Positions 45,916-55,829 are shown, counted from the stretch's first letter. The stretch is DNA of 64,000 nt from Acidobacteriota bacterium (GCA_040768985.1 JAXGLX010000002.1:4378971-4442970); one strand, 5' to 3'. A program made the numbers and translations. Notes: generated by a model not told the origin, from the sequence alone.

Positions 45916-47061
45916 ATGAAGCTCCTTATCGTCACTGAATGTGGGCACTACCGACGTGCAGAGCGAGTGCTGGCGCCCAGGCACTTTGTGAGAGAGATCT
46001 CTCTATGGGCCAGGATGTTCGATTCGGTGGTTCTGATTACGCGGTTTCCGTCTTGGCAGGAGCCGGCGGATTTGGTGGAATATGGTTGTGAGAATATCAC
46101 TTTCCGTGTCGGCAATGGTGCCTTCGGAACGAACTTGATTGAAGTGTTACGGTCACTCGCCCGTTCAACGGTGGCAGTTTGCAAGATTGTAAGCGAGTAC
46201 ACTCGCGCTGATGCCGTGCACATTCGATGCCCCTCTCGGCATGGGTTGCTGGCGCTCTTGGTGTGGCTTCTGGCACCCAAGCCTTGCTACGTGAAATGGG
46301 CTGGTAATTGGGATTTTCAGGGAGGCGTGCCATGGAGTCTCCGGTTGCAGCGGTGGCTGGTGAGGCGGATGAAAGGCGCTGTAGTAGCCACAGTTTATGG
46401 GAGATTGGACGACGATCCGCCGCACATCCACGAGACGCTCACAACAAGCCTCAACGAGGAAGAAATTAAAAGGTGCTTAGAGCTTGACCGGAAGCATTCT
46501 CCGAACGAACTCCGGCTCCTTTGGGTGGGCAGATCCTCGGCCAACAAGAACACACGTGTCCTGCTGGATGTTGTAGAGCGAGTATTTCGCGCATTTCCAC
46601 TAGTCACTTTGCATCTTGTGGGGGACGGTCCTGATTTGATGGATTTGAAGGCGGAAGCTGAAGCCAGGGGAATTGGTCAAAGGATGGTGTTTCACGGTTC
46701 TCAACCCTGGCAACGATTGTGTGAACTGTACGCGAGTGCCAGGCTCCTGCTGTTGCCCTCGTTGTCGGAGGGATTCCCCAAAGTCGTGATAGAGGCCGCA
46801 CTTTTTGGCACTCCATCTATTGTGTTCGCCTGTGGTGCGCTTCCGGACATCGTCAAGAACAAGGGGGTTGCAGTTGAACCAATAGGGGATACCCAGGAAT
46901 ACGTGCAAGCAGTTTTGGATCTTTTGGCAGACGAAGCACGATGGGAGGATTTATCTGTCAATGCTCGCAACTGGGCCTCACAGATCTCTATTGAGTCTGT
47001 GGTGGATGGGTATCGGAGGATGATTGAAACTTCTTGGAATGTAAAGCTCCTTCAAGGCTAG
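45916..47061 (+). CDS. Family 4 (GT-B) glycosyltransferase
   Basis: LLLLPSLSEGFPKVVIEAALFGTPSIVFACGALPDIV (EX7E region). Confidence 0.8.
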   Translation: MKLLIVTECGHYRRAERVLAPRHFVREISLWARMFDSVVLITRFPSWQEPADLVEYGCENITFRVGNGAFGTNLIEVLRSLARSTVAVCKIVSEYTRADAVHIRCPSRHGLLALLVWLLAPKPCYVKWAGNWDFQGGVPWSLRLQRWLVRRMKGAVVATVYGRLDDDPPHIHETLTTSLNEEEIKRCLELDRKHSPNELRLLWVGRSSANKNTRVLLDVVERVFRAFPLVTLHLVGDGPDLMDLKAEAEARGIGQRMVFHGSQPWQRLCELYASARLLLLPSLSEGFPKVVIEAALFGTPSIVFACGALPDIVKNKGVAVEPIGDTQEYVQAVLDLLADEARWEDLSVNARNWASQISIESVVDGYRRMIETSWNVKLLQG

Positions 47062-47062
47062 G

Positions 47063-48238
47063 TTGAAAGCAGTTATTCTGCCTGAAATGAGCGATATCCG
47101 ACGAACCGAAAACCCGCTAACCGCTTCCTCCAGAGTTGTGATCGTGGCGGGACAGCTCGACATTGGAGGAGCGGAGCGCGAATTGATCACCTTTCTGGAA
47201 GCCGCACAAAGTTGCAGATTTGAATTCCGGGTGATTTGTCTTGCTCCCGGAGGAGAGTTTCGTGCCGATGTCGAACAATTTTCTGGCAGCGCAGTTCTCA
47301 CACCACCGACGGCGAGTAAGCTCGGCCGATTACGCTGGATGTGGCGGACGCTGCGTTCGCTCAATCCGGCTTTGGTTCATTGCTGGAATCTGTTTCCAAT
47401 TTTCTATATCCCACCGTCCCACTGGCGTAGCTATCCACTGATTGGTTTTCTTCAATGCATCCCTTCACAATGGCCGGCCGGCATGATTGCAAAGAAAATT
47501 CTTCGCCGACTTGCTCGCGTTCCCGAAGGTTTGGTGTCCAATTCCTCTGCTGCTCTGGATGAACTTGCACTGCTCGGGATTCCGACCGGCCCGTCTGTTG
47601 TGGTCAGAAATGGGGTGCGGAGTAGTTTTTTCAATGGCAAAGCGGGAGAGGAGTTCAATCGGATCTCGGGTCAGGATACTGTACTGATTGGCTTGGGAAG
47701 ACTGATCAGCCGCAAGCGGGCAGACTGGATGATACGTGCCCTTGCGATTCTTCGCAAAGAACGGCTACCTCTTTCGCTCTGGTTGGTTGGCGATGGCCCT
47801 GAACGGGTGAGTCTGGCACATCTTGCAGAAGAGTTGGGTGTCGAATCCAAAGTTGTGTTTTGGGGCAACCGAAATGATGTGCCCGACCTGCTTTCAGCAG
47901 CAGACATCATGGTTCACTGCGCCTGGGCCGAGGGACTGCCGAATGCGGTGCAGGAAGCAATGGCTGCTGGACTGCCCATCGTAGCATCGAGGACAAGTGG
48001 AATTCCGGAAATCGTTGAAGATTCTGTTGAAGGGATATTATTCGATCCTGACGACTTCAATGGATTTGTTGGTTCACTCCGCAAACTGGTGAGTGATGCT
48101 GATCTCCAGGTACGCATGGGTAGTGCTGCGCGTGAAAAGGCTCAACGGGACTTTTCGCCTGAGACGATGGCGATTATGATGATCGAGTTCTATGAAACCA
48201 TCCTCGATTCTTGGTCTGGCAAAAGGGGCATTAGGTGA
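47063..48238 (+). CDS. Family 4 (GT-B) glycosyltransferase
   Basis: QLDIGGAEREL N-terminus and IMVHCAWAEGLPNAVQEAMAAGLPIVASRTSGIPEIVED. Start is TTG 47063 or ATG 47087. Confidence 0.85.
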   Translation: MKAVILPEMSDIRRTENPLTASSRVVIVAGQLDIGGAERELITFLEAAQSCRFEFRVICLAPGGEFRADVEQFSGSAVLTPPTASKLGRLRWMWRTLRSLNPALVHCWNLFPIFYIPPSHWRSYPLIGFLQCIPSQWPAGMIAKKILRRLARVPEGLVSNSSAALDELALLGIPTGPSVVVRNGVRSSFFNGKAGEEFNRISGQDTVLIGLGRLISRKRADWMIRALAILRKERLPLSLWLVGDGPERVSLAHLAEELGVESKVVFWGNRNDVPDLLSAADIMVHCAWAEGLPNAVQEAMAAGLPIVASRTSGIPEIVEDSVEGILFDPDDFNGFVGSLRKLVSDADLQVRMGSAAREKAQRDFSPETMAIMMIEFYETILDSWSGKRGIR

Positions 48239-49358
48239 GACCGTGACGGCAAGTGTCACAAATAATCAGAAGCTTATACCGAGTCTGTTTATTATTGGGA
48301 ATTTTTCCTCCGGTTGGGACTCAGCTTCGCCGCAGTCATGTGAGTTTTTAGCCAATGCGCTGAAGCAGTCCGGTGTCTCTGTTTTCACCGCGAGCAGAGT
48401 ACAAAATCGTGCCCTCCGGTTGATTGACATGCTTCTTTCCCTAGTGCGCAACAGAGACTTATTCGAGGTTGCTATCATCGATGTGTTTAGTACCAGCGGT
48501 TTAGTATGGGCGGAGGCTTCAGCGGCTGTGGGAAGCAAGTTGGGTAAATCGATTGTGCTCGTTCTGCGTGGGGGGAACCTGCTTCGTAGGTATCAGAAAT
48601 CTCCGTCTCGCCTTGAACGGTTATTCAGCAAAGCAAATGCAATCGTGAGTCCCTCGGGTTATCTGGCCGAAGGCTTTCGAAACAGAGGCTTCTGCGTGCA
48701 CGTCATTCCCAATCCAGTCGAGTTGAATTCACTACCGTTTAGGGAAAGATCGACAGTCATACCGCGAGCCATTTGGATGCGTTGTTTTGACCGGGACACT
48801 TACAATCCCCAGATGGCTGTGAGAGCAATTGGAAAAATCCGAGAGACATTTCCAGATGCTCAGCTTGTGATGGTGGGGCCAGATCGCGGCGCACTTACTG
48901 ATATTCGTCATCTCGCGAAGCGCCTCGGTGTGAGCGACGCCATCGAGTTTCCTGGGTATCTTCGTAAGCCCGAGTTGCTAAATCGGGCACATGAGTGTGA
49001 CATCCTGCTCAACACCAATAATGTGGACAATATGCCAGTAAGCGTGATCGAAAGCCAGGCCATGGGGCTGTGCGTGGTATGTACGGCGGTCGGCGGCGTC
49101 CCTCATCTTGTGACTCATGAAGTGGACGGTATGCTTGTGCCAAGCGATGATGATGAAGCAATGGCAGCGGCAGTGGTCCGACTGGTGAGGGATCCAGATC
49201 TTGCTGCCAGAATCTCAAGAAACGCGCGCGCACGGTCCGAGCAGTATTCGTGGCCGAAAGTGTTTGAGATGTGGAAACGTCTCCTGTCAGCGATCACGTC
49301 TAAGGCAAAAGGAAATATTACAGGACAGAACGCTAACAGCAGTCATGGATCTAGCTGA
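48192..49358 (+). CDS. Family 4 (GT-B) glycosyltransferase
   Basis: ILLNTNNVDNMPVSVIESQAMGLCVVCTAVGGVPHLV. ATG 48192 overlaps the previous gene by 47 nt; the alternative GTG at 48243 lies just after its stop. Confidence 0.8.
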   Translation: MKPSSILGLAKGALGETVTASVTNNQKLIPSLFIIGNFSSGWDSASPQSCEFLANALKQSGVSVFTASRVQNRALRLIDMLLSLVRNRDLFEVAIIDVFSTSGLVWAEASAAVGSKLGKSIVLVLRGGNLLRRYQKSPSRLERLFSKANAIVSPSGYLAEGFRNRGFCVHVIPNPVELNSLPFRERSTVIPRAIWMRCFDRDTYNPQMAVRAIGKIRETFPDAQLVMVGPDRGALTDIRHLAKRLGVSDAIEFPGYLRKPELLNRAHECDILLNTNNVDNMPVSVIESQAMGLCVVCTAVGGVPHLVTHEVDGMLVPSDDDEAMAAAVVRLVRDPDLAARISRNARARSEQYSWPKVFEMWKRLLSAITSKAKGNITGQNANSSHGSS

Positions 49359-50769
49359 CTTTATCTATTTCCGCTCTCCTGTACTCGCTCAAAACCTGGC
49401 TGTTTCATGGTATGGATGGAGCACGGCGAGGCGTCGTTACCGAGGTGAATTTCTGAATTTTGTGGAACAGGTCAAAGCCCGAGAGCGCTGGTCCCGTGAA
49501 GACCTTGAATCGTATCAAGACAAGCAAATCCTTAAACTGTGCCACAGCGCATCGGCGAGTCCGTTTTACCGCAAGCGATTCGAGTACGCGGGATTCAAGC
49601 CGGAGAGAGACGCCCACCGTGAGGGCTTGAAGAAACTGCCGTTCCTCACAAAAGCGGAGTATCGCTCTTGCGCGGATGAACTGTTGACTCGCAGGCCGGA
49701 ACGGGGTGTTGTCACCTTCAAGTCGAGTGGAACGACGGGAACTCCATGCAGAATCCTGCGTTCCCAACGCACGGATCAACACATCTGGGCCTATTGGGAG
49801 GCCCGTTGCTGGAATTGGTTTGGATCCAACTGGCGCTCGCGGAAAGCGGTGTTTGGCGTCCGCAAGGTGCATCCGGTAGACCGTCAGCGGCCTCCTTTCT
49901 GGCGCCGTGACTGGTTGACCGGCGTTTGCTATTTTTCTGTCTATCATCTCCGGCGGGACAATTTACGCGCATACTGCGAGGCGCTGCAGGAGTTCCAGCC
50001 TGAACAGGTGCTGGCTTACCCGAGTGCGATCTGGCCCGTTGTGTCGTTTGCTTTGAATGAAGGAATCAAGCTCCCGGTGGTAAAGGGAGTCGTCACTACA
50101 TCAGAGACGCTGCTCGATCAACAGAAAGCTGCCCTCGAGGCGGCGTTCTCATGCCAGGTATACGACCAGTATGGTGCGGCCGAAGCCTGCGTGTTCGGCG
50201 CAACGTGCGAACACGGTCGGCTCCACCTGTCGCCGGACTACGCGTTTGTTGAAATCCTGCTTCCAGATGGTCGACCAGCCAAACCAGGTGAAGCAGGTGA
50301 AATTGTCTGCACAGGATTCATGAACGATTTGCAGCCACTCATCCGGTATCGGTTGGGTGATGTGGTGCGGCTTTCGGACAAACAGGATTGCCCCTGTGGT
50401 CGCCAGATGCCGATTCTGGACCGAATCGAAGGTCGAGTGGAAGATACGCTCTGGACATTGAATGGTGATCCTGTGATTCGGTTTGACACCGTGTTTAAAG
50501 GGATTGATGGTGTGGTTGAGGGGCAGGTGGCGCAGCTTGCTCGTGGTGAATTCGAGATCCGAGTAGTGATTGACGGCCGGTTCTCAGCATCTGAATCGTC
50601 CCGTCTGGTAAGCAACATGAATACGCATCTTGGCCCGGGTCACAAGGTCTCGGTTCGAGTGGTTGATGGCATACCCAGGACCAATGCTGGGAAATTCAAA
50701 GCCGTCTCAAACGAAGTTCAACTCCAGCCTCATTCTCTGCATGTACAGAGCAATCAAGGAAATCGTTGA
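49345..50769 (+). CDS. Adenylate-forming enzyme, phenylacetate-CoA ligase / CapK-like
   Basis: Start at MDLADFIYF. FKSSGTTGTPCRI is a P-loop-like AMP-binding motif. The length and the C-terminal GKFKAV are typical of the PaaK/CapK family. Confidence 0.75.
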   Translation: MDLADFIYFRSPVLAQNLAVSWYGWSTARRRYRGEFLNFVEQVKARERWSREDLESYQDKQILKLCHSASASPFYRKRFEYAGFKPERDAHREGLKKLPFLTKAEYRSCADELLTRRPERGVVTFKSSGTTGTPCRILRSQRTDQHIWAYWEARCWNWFGSNWRSRKAVFGVRKVHPVDRQRPPFWRRDWLTGVCYFSVYHLRRDNLRAYCEALQEFQPEQVLAYPSAIWPVVSFALNEGIKLPVVKGVVTTSETLLDQQKAALEAAFSCQVYDQYGAAEACVFGATCEHGRLHLSPDYAFVEILLPDGRPAKPGEAGEIVCTGFMNDLQPLIRYRLGDVVRLSDKQDCPCGRQMPILDRIEGRVEDTLWTLNGDPVIRFDTVFKGIDGVVEGQVAQLARGEFEIRVVIDGRFSASESSRLVSNMNTHLGPGHKVSVRVVDGIPRTNAGKFKAVSNEVQLQPHSLHVQSNQGNR

Positions 50770-50778
50770 AATAATGGT

Positions 50779-51882
50779 ATGAATGTCGATCTTGTAGCCG
50801 GAGCACGGCCCAACTTTATGAAATTGGCCCCTGTTGAACGGGCAATTCGAAATCTCGGCACAATCAATGTACGGATCATTCACACGGGGCAGCATTACGA
50901 CCCTGAAATGAATGAAGTGTTTTTTTCGGAGCTGGGTATTCCCAATCCCGATGCCCATCTCGGTGCCGGCTCCGGCACCCATGGTGTGCAGACCGCCCGC
51001 ATTCTCGAGAGCTACGAACGGCGGCTTCTTGAGGATCAACCGGACGCGACTGTGGTATTCGGTGATGTCAACTCCACTATCGCCTGCGCCCTGGCGGCGG
51101 TGAAGCTGGGGGTCCGAGTCGTGCACGTGGAAGCCGGATTACGCAGTTTTGACCGTTCCATGCCGGAAGAGATCAACCGGGTGCTGACGGATGCAATTGC
51201 TGATTGCTTGCTGGTTTCGGAGCCGTCGGGTGTCGAAAACCTCATCCGTGAAGGGGTTCCGGCAGAAAAGATCCACTTGGTGGGCAACGTCATGATCGAC
51301 ACCCTGAAACAAGAATTGAACCGGTCACGCGTACTAGATTATCCGGCCAAGCTGGGATTGTCGCGCGGCGAATACGGTCTGGTCACACTTCACCGCCCCG
51401 CGAACGTGGATGATCCAGTGGTACTCAAGCGACTTGTGGACCTTTTTGTGGAGTTGGCGGGTCATCTGCCGCTGGTGTTCCCCATCCATCCCCGGACTCA
51501 AACAGCTTTGGAGCGCGCGAATCTAGTGAATATGCTCCAGAAATCGGGTCGAATTCTCTGTCTCAATCCTATATCTTATCGTGAAAATCTGGCGCTTATG
51601 GAAGCGTGCCGGATCGTGCTCACTGACTCGGGTGGCATACAGGAAGAGACTACGGTATTGAATATACCTTGCCTAACAATGCGCCCTAACACTGAGCGAC
51701 CAGTTACCGTCTCTCTCGGTACTAGCCGTCTGGTGGGAAATAACGCTGAGCAGATTCGCGCTGCGTTTACTGATGTCATTGAGGGCCGTTGGACTGTTGC
51801 GCAACCAGTGCCCTTGTGGGATGGGCATGCAGGCGAACGTGTTGCTTGCGTCATCGCGCATTTTCTCCATAGTCGCCATTAG
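50779..51882 (+). CDS. wecB: UDP-N-acetylglucosamine 2-epimerase (non-hydrolysing)
   Basis: GARPNFMKLAPV, IHTGQHYDPEMNEVFF, VFGDVNSTIACALAA, HVEAGLRSFDRSMPEEINR and DSGGIQEE. Confidence 0.92.
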   Translation: MNVDLVAGARPNFMKLAPVERAIRNLGTINVRIIHTGQHYDPEMNEVFFSELGIPNPDAHLGAGSGTHGVQTARILESYERRLLEDQPDATVVFGDVNSTIACALAAVKLGVRVVHVEAGLRSFDRSMPEEINRVLTDAIADCLLVSEPSGVENLIREGVPAEKIHLVGNVMIDTLKQELNRSRVLDYPAKLGLSRGEYGLVTLHRPANVDDPVVLKRLVDLFVELAGHLPLVFPIHPRTQTALERANLVNMLQKSGRILCLNPISYRENLALMEACRIVLTDSGGIQEETTVLNIPCLTMRPNTERPVTVSLGTSRLVGNNAEQIRAAFTDVIEGRWTVAQPVPLWDGHAGERVACVIAHFLHSRH

Positions 51883-51926
51883 GCGAGTAGCATGCGATCG
51901 GCAAATCAGTCATCAGAATTCCAGCG

Positions 51927-53138
51927 TTGAAACTCCTTATCATTCATCAGGCATTTGCATCACCAGACAGTGCGGGTGGTACGCGACATTTCGAACTGGC
52001 TCAACATCTGGTCCGCTCCGGTCACAGTGTAACAATCGTTGCGAGCGACGTGAACTATCTGACCGGGGTGCGTCAATCTGATGATGGAATCAGAGAAGAG
52101 AATATCGACGGGGTTCGAGTTGTTCGTGCGCGGACGTTGCCGATGCTACACCGGAGCTTCGTGTGGCGGGTCGCCTCGTTCCTCGGTTTCATGGGATCGT
52201 CTATTCTGGCTAGTCTGAAGGCAGGTCGTCCCGATCTGGTCATGGGGACTTCGCCACCGATTTTTCAAGGAGTGTCTGCTTGGTTGGTGTCGCTGATCCG
52301 TAAAAAACCATTTTTACTCGAGATCCGCGATCTGTGGCCAGAGTTCGCCATCGACATGGGAGTGCTTCGCAATAAAACCCTGATCGCTTGGTCCAGAAGA
52401 CTGGAAGGATTTTTATACTCCCGGGCTGATCACCTGCTGGTAAATTCTCCAGCTTATTGCGAATACCTGCTAGAGAAGAACCTACCCCCTCACAAAATAT
52501 CACTTGTGGCGAACGGCGCAGATCCGGAGGCGTTCGATCCCAATGCAACCGGAACCGCTTTTCGCAGCAAATGGGCGCCGGATGCCCAGTTCGTGGTGAC
52601 ATATGCTGGTGCGCTGGGTTTGGCAAACGACATTTCAACGCTAATTGAGACGGCGGCGATGTTGCGGGATACGGGACTAAAAATCTTAGTTGTAGGTGAT
52701 GGCAAGGAGAGAATAAACCTGGAACGCCAAGCCAAAGAGCGAAGGCTTGAAAATGTTTCCTTTGTCGGCACCGTTTCTAAGACCGAGATGCCTGAGGTTC
52801 TGGCCGCATCTGACGCCGGCCTTGCGATTCTGAAAAATATTCCAATGTTCACCACAACCTATCCGAACAAGGTCTTCGACTACATGGCAGCAGGCCGACC
52901 GGTTATTCTGGCCATCGACGGAGTGATCCGGCGAGTAGTGGAAGAATCGGGTGCCGGGGTCTTTGTGCGTCCTGGCGATGCGTCGGCTCTCTCCGCCGCA
53001 ATCCAACATCTTGCTGCATTACCTGACCGCGGTAAGGCAATGGGTATGGCGGGGCGGCGTGTTGTTGAGGAACGCTTCAATCGAAGAAAGCAGGCCAGCG
53101 AATTCCAGATGCTCCTGGAGCGGCTTGTTGAAAGGTGA
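51927..53138 (+). CDS. Family 4 glycosyltransferase (WbuB/WcaI-like)
   Basis: LKLLIIHQAFASPDSAGGTRHFELAQHLVRSGHSVTIVA N-terminus. TTG start. Confidence 0.85.
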   Translation: MKLLIIHQAFASPDSAGGTRHFELAQHLVRSGHSVTIVASDVNYLTGVRQSDDGIREENIDGVRVVRARTLPMLHRSFVWRVASFLGFMGSSILASLKAGRPDLVMGTSPPIFQGVSAWLVSLIRKKPFLLEIRDLWPEFAIDMGVLRNKTLIAWSRRLEGFLYSRADHLLVNSPAYCEYLLEKNLPPHKISLVANGADPEAFDPNATGTAFRSKWAPDAQFVVTYAGALGLANDISTLIETAAMLRDTGLKILVVGDGKERINLERQAKERRLENVSFVGTVSKTEMPEVLAASDAGLAILKNIPMFTTTYPNKVFDYMAAGRPVILAIDGVIRRVVEESGAGVFVRPGDASALSAAIQHLAALPDRGKAMGMAGRRVVEERFNRRKQASEFQMLLERLVER

Positions 53139-53144
53139 CACTCC

Positions 53145-53777
53145 GTGGGCTTTTATCATCGCGTCGGTAAGCGTGTTCTGGATCTGATGATCGTGCTCGC
53201 TTTACTTCCTTTCTGGTTGCTGTTTTGGATCATTGCGGCATCATTGGTCCGATTGCAATTGGGCGTACCGGTTCATTTCCGGCAGACGCGACCGGGTCGA
53301 TTTGGCGAGCCGTTTGTGTTGTTGAAACTGCGCACGATGACCAATGAGACCAGAAATGACGGCCAGCTTCTTCCGGACGAGCAACGATTGACCAGGTTGG
53401 GAGTATTTCTCCGTACGATCAGTCTCGATGAGTTCCCCACGCTGTGGAATGTTCTAAAGGGAAACATGAGTCTGGTTGGACCGCGACCTCTGTTGATGCA
53501 ATATCTCCCCCTCTACTCGTCTGAACAAGCGCGACGCCATGAAGTCAAACCGGGTATCACCGGCTGGGCGCAGGTGAATGGGCGAAACGCACTGTCATGG
53601 GAAGAGAAATTCCGGCTGGACGTCTGGTATGTGGATCACCTTTCTTTCTGGTTGGATGTCCGAATACTCTGGCGAACATTGATTCAAGTGATCCGGCGTC
53701 AAGGAATCAGCGCCGACGGCCATGCCACGATGCCTCCCTTTACAGGTACTCAGGAGGATACCCGTGAAACCACGTGA
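53145..53777 (+). CDS. Undecaprenyl-phosphate sugar phosphotransferase (small PglC/WbaP-C-type initiating transferase)
   Basis: KRVLDLMIVL, the reentrant helix region, PFVLLKLRTM, DEFPTLWNVLKGNMSLVGPRP and PGITGWAQVNGRN. Confidence 0.9.
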   Translation: MGFYHRVGKRVLDLMIVLALLPFWLLFWIIAASLVRLQLGVPVHFRQTRPGRFGEPFVLLKLRTMTNETRNDGQLLPDEQRLTRLGVFLRTISLDEFPTLWNVLKGNMSLVGPRPLLMQYLPLYSSEQARRHEVKPGITGWAQVNGRNALSWEEKFRLDVWYVDHLSFWLDVRILWRTLIQVIRRQGISADGHATMPPFTGTQEDTRETT

Positions 53778-54384
53778 CCCCATCCATGTGCTGGGTGCCG
53801 GCGGGCACGCTAAAGTCGTTGTGGCGGCGCTTCGGTCCGCCGGTTTGGATGTGGCTGGGATATACGATGACGATCCGGTGACTCACGGTCATCATGTGCT
53901 CGGGGTTCCTGTTCTGGGCGGATTGCATATGCTGGCTTCCTTGGGCCATATTCAAGCTGTGTGCGCAATCGGCAACAATGAGACACGTCGGAAAGTTGTA
54001 TCCTCACTTGAATCCATCCAGTGGGTCTCGGTGATCCATCCCGCGGCGTGGGTCCACGAATCGGCAAAGATAGGTTCGGGGACTGTGGTGTTTGCGGGGG
54101 CGATGGTTCAACCCGACACAGTCATCGGTGCGCATTCCATCGTGAACACGGGCGCGACGGTGGATCACGATTGCCAGCTTGGCAATTTCATCCATCTGGC
54201 GCCTGGAGTTCACTTGGCCGGTGGTGTCACCGTAAATGAGGGTTCGTTCTTGGGCATCGGCGCTGTGGCTATCCCCGGTGTTCACATCGGTGCATGGACG
54301 ACAGTAGGGGCAGGCGCGGCAGTATTGAGTGATTTGTCTGATGGCGTCACGGCTGTCGGAGTACCGGCACGAGCCATTCGATAA
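53764..54384 (+). CDS. PglD/NeuD-family sugar N-acetyltransferase (hexapeptide repeat)
   Basis: GTG start overlapping the previous gene by 14 nt. N-terminal Rossmann-like IHVLGAGGHAKVVV, then an LbH C-terminal domain (IGAHSIVNTGATVDHDCQLGNFIHLAPGVHLAGGV). Confidence 0.8.
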   Translation: MKPRDPIHVLGAGGHAKVVVAALRSAGLDVAGIYDDDPVTHGHHVLGVPVLGGLHMLASLGHIQAVCAIGNNETRRKVVSSLESIQWVSVIHPAAWVHESAKIGSGTVVFAGAMVQPDTVIGAHSIVNTGATVDHDCQLGNFIHLAPGVHLAGGVTVNEGSFLGIGAVAIPGVHIGAWTTVGAGAAVLSDLSDGVTAVGVPARAIR

Positions 54385-54439
54385 GCATCTTCATTCGATC
54401 GCTTTGTTGGGAACACCAATTATCTAACTATAAAACGAA

Positions 54440-55354
54440 ATGGTTGTGATCCTCCACATGCCCAATTCAGAGGCAGCTCAACATCGTGTATTGCAGTTGC
54501 ATGTGTTGACAGAGGCCACTATTCAAAATATTCAGGAATGCCTGACCGCGGTTGGTATTGCTTGCCTGACTTTAAAAGGTCCACATTTAGCGTACAGCGT
54601 CTATCCGCTACCCTTGGAACGTGTGTGGTGCGACCTGGATATATTGGTCAGATCAAATGAAGTTAGAAAAGCTGTCGATGTACTTGTTCAAAATGGTTGG
54701 CGGCGCATACCTGAAGTCAGACAACGAAGATTCAGCGGGAAACATAGTTATAACTACAAAATCTTGAGTCCTTTCGGCGTCTCTGTCGAACTACATCGGG
54801 ATTTCACTTCTCATGACCGCTACCCTGTGCCCATTGAGGATTTTTTCCAGAGGGCCGAATCGTTTCGATTCTTGGAAACTGAAGCGCGGGGGCTGGCTCC
54901 GGCTGATTTGCTGCTCCATCTGTGTCTTCACATGACCGGCAGTTATTTCCTGGTGGAACCCAAGCATGTCAGGGATATTGCCCTGCTGTTGGCGGCTCGA
55001 CCAATCGACTGGCGGTTGTTTGTTGAGAATGCAAAAAATGCCGGCGCCAAGGCAGGCTGCTGGATGTCGTTACGTGCGGCGATGGCTCAGCACGGAGCCT
55101 TGGTGCCCGAATGGGTGTTGGCGGAGCTGGAGCCGACACAGCGGCGGCAGCGATGGCTGGAGCGCTGGCTGGATCCGGCAGTGTTTCCCATCTACAGAGG
55201 ACCAGCACAAAGCATGTGGGAATATCAGTGGCGGCTGGGACTCGCGCTTATGGACCACCCGAGAGACTGGATTCCGCTGTTGATGAAATACGGAGCGCGG
55301 CGGATCATGGACCTGGTGGGGCGGATCGGATCTACTCGGAGTTGCGAGTTGTGA
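54440..55354 (+). CDS. Uncharacterised nucleotidyltransferase-family protein (NTP_transf_5-like)
   Basis: LKGPHLAYSVYPLPLERVWCDLDILV resembles the family signature. GC rises across its 3' half. Confidence 0.55.
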   Translation: MVVILHMPNSEAAQHRVLQLHVLTEATIQNIQECLTAVGIACLTLKGPHLAYSVYPLPLERVWCDLDILVRSNEVRKAVDVLVQNGWRRIPEVRQRRFSGKHSYNYKILSPFGVSVELHRDFTSHDRYPVPIEDFFQRAESFRFLETEARGLAPADLLLHLCLHMTGSYFLVEPKHVRDIALLLAARPIDWRLFVENAKNAGAKAGCWMSLRAAMAQHGALVPEWVLAELEPTQRRQRWLERWLDPAVFPIYRGPAQSMWEYQWRLGLALMDHPRDWIPLLMKYGARRIMDLVGRIGSTRSCEL

Positions 55355-55424
55355 GTTGAGTATTGATTACTGTTCATCAATGTCTCATTGAAAATTGCAC
55401 GAACAAAATCTGAAATTGTCGCGG

Positions 55425-55829
55425 ATGCAGTATTGGCTGCCGCTGGTGCTATGGCTGACGGGGATGGCGGCGGCGACGTCGATACCCGGCGACCTGATTC
55501 CCACCTTGCCGGTGCCGGGACTGGACAAAGTCTTGCACGCCTTGCTGTACGGCGGGCTGGCCTTCCTGCTGCAGCGCTGGCTGCGCGGCGGGCTGAGGCG
55601 TCCGCCGGCGCGACCGCTGCTGCTGGCGGGAATCGTTTGCGGCATCTATGCGGTGCTGGACGAGCTGCACCAGCTGGCCATCCCCAAGCGGACATTCAGC
55701 TTCGTGGATCTGGCCGCGGATGCAGCGGGAATCGGAATCGGGCTGGCGGTTGCGGCCGTCATGCTCGCGCGAAGACGCAAAGACGCGAAGGCAGTTGAGG
55801 AAGGTGGATTGAGCGGGGAGAGGGGTTGA
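55425..55829 (+). CDS. VanZ-family membrane protein
   Basis: LDKVLHALLYGGLAFLL and GIYAVLDELHQLAIPKRTFSFVDLAADAAGIGIG are the VanZ signature. ATG 55425; an upstream TTG lies at 55395. Confidence 0.75.
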   Translation: MQYWLPLVLWLTGMAAATSIPGDLIPTLPVPGLDKVLHALLYGGLAFLLQRWLRGGLRRPPARPLLLAGIVCGIYAVLDELHQLAIPKRTFSFVDLAADAAGIGIGLAVAAVMLARRRKDAKAVEEGGLSGERG

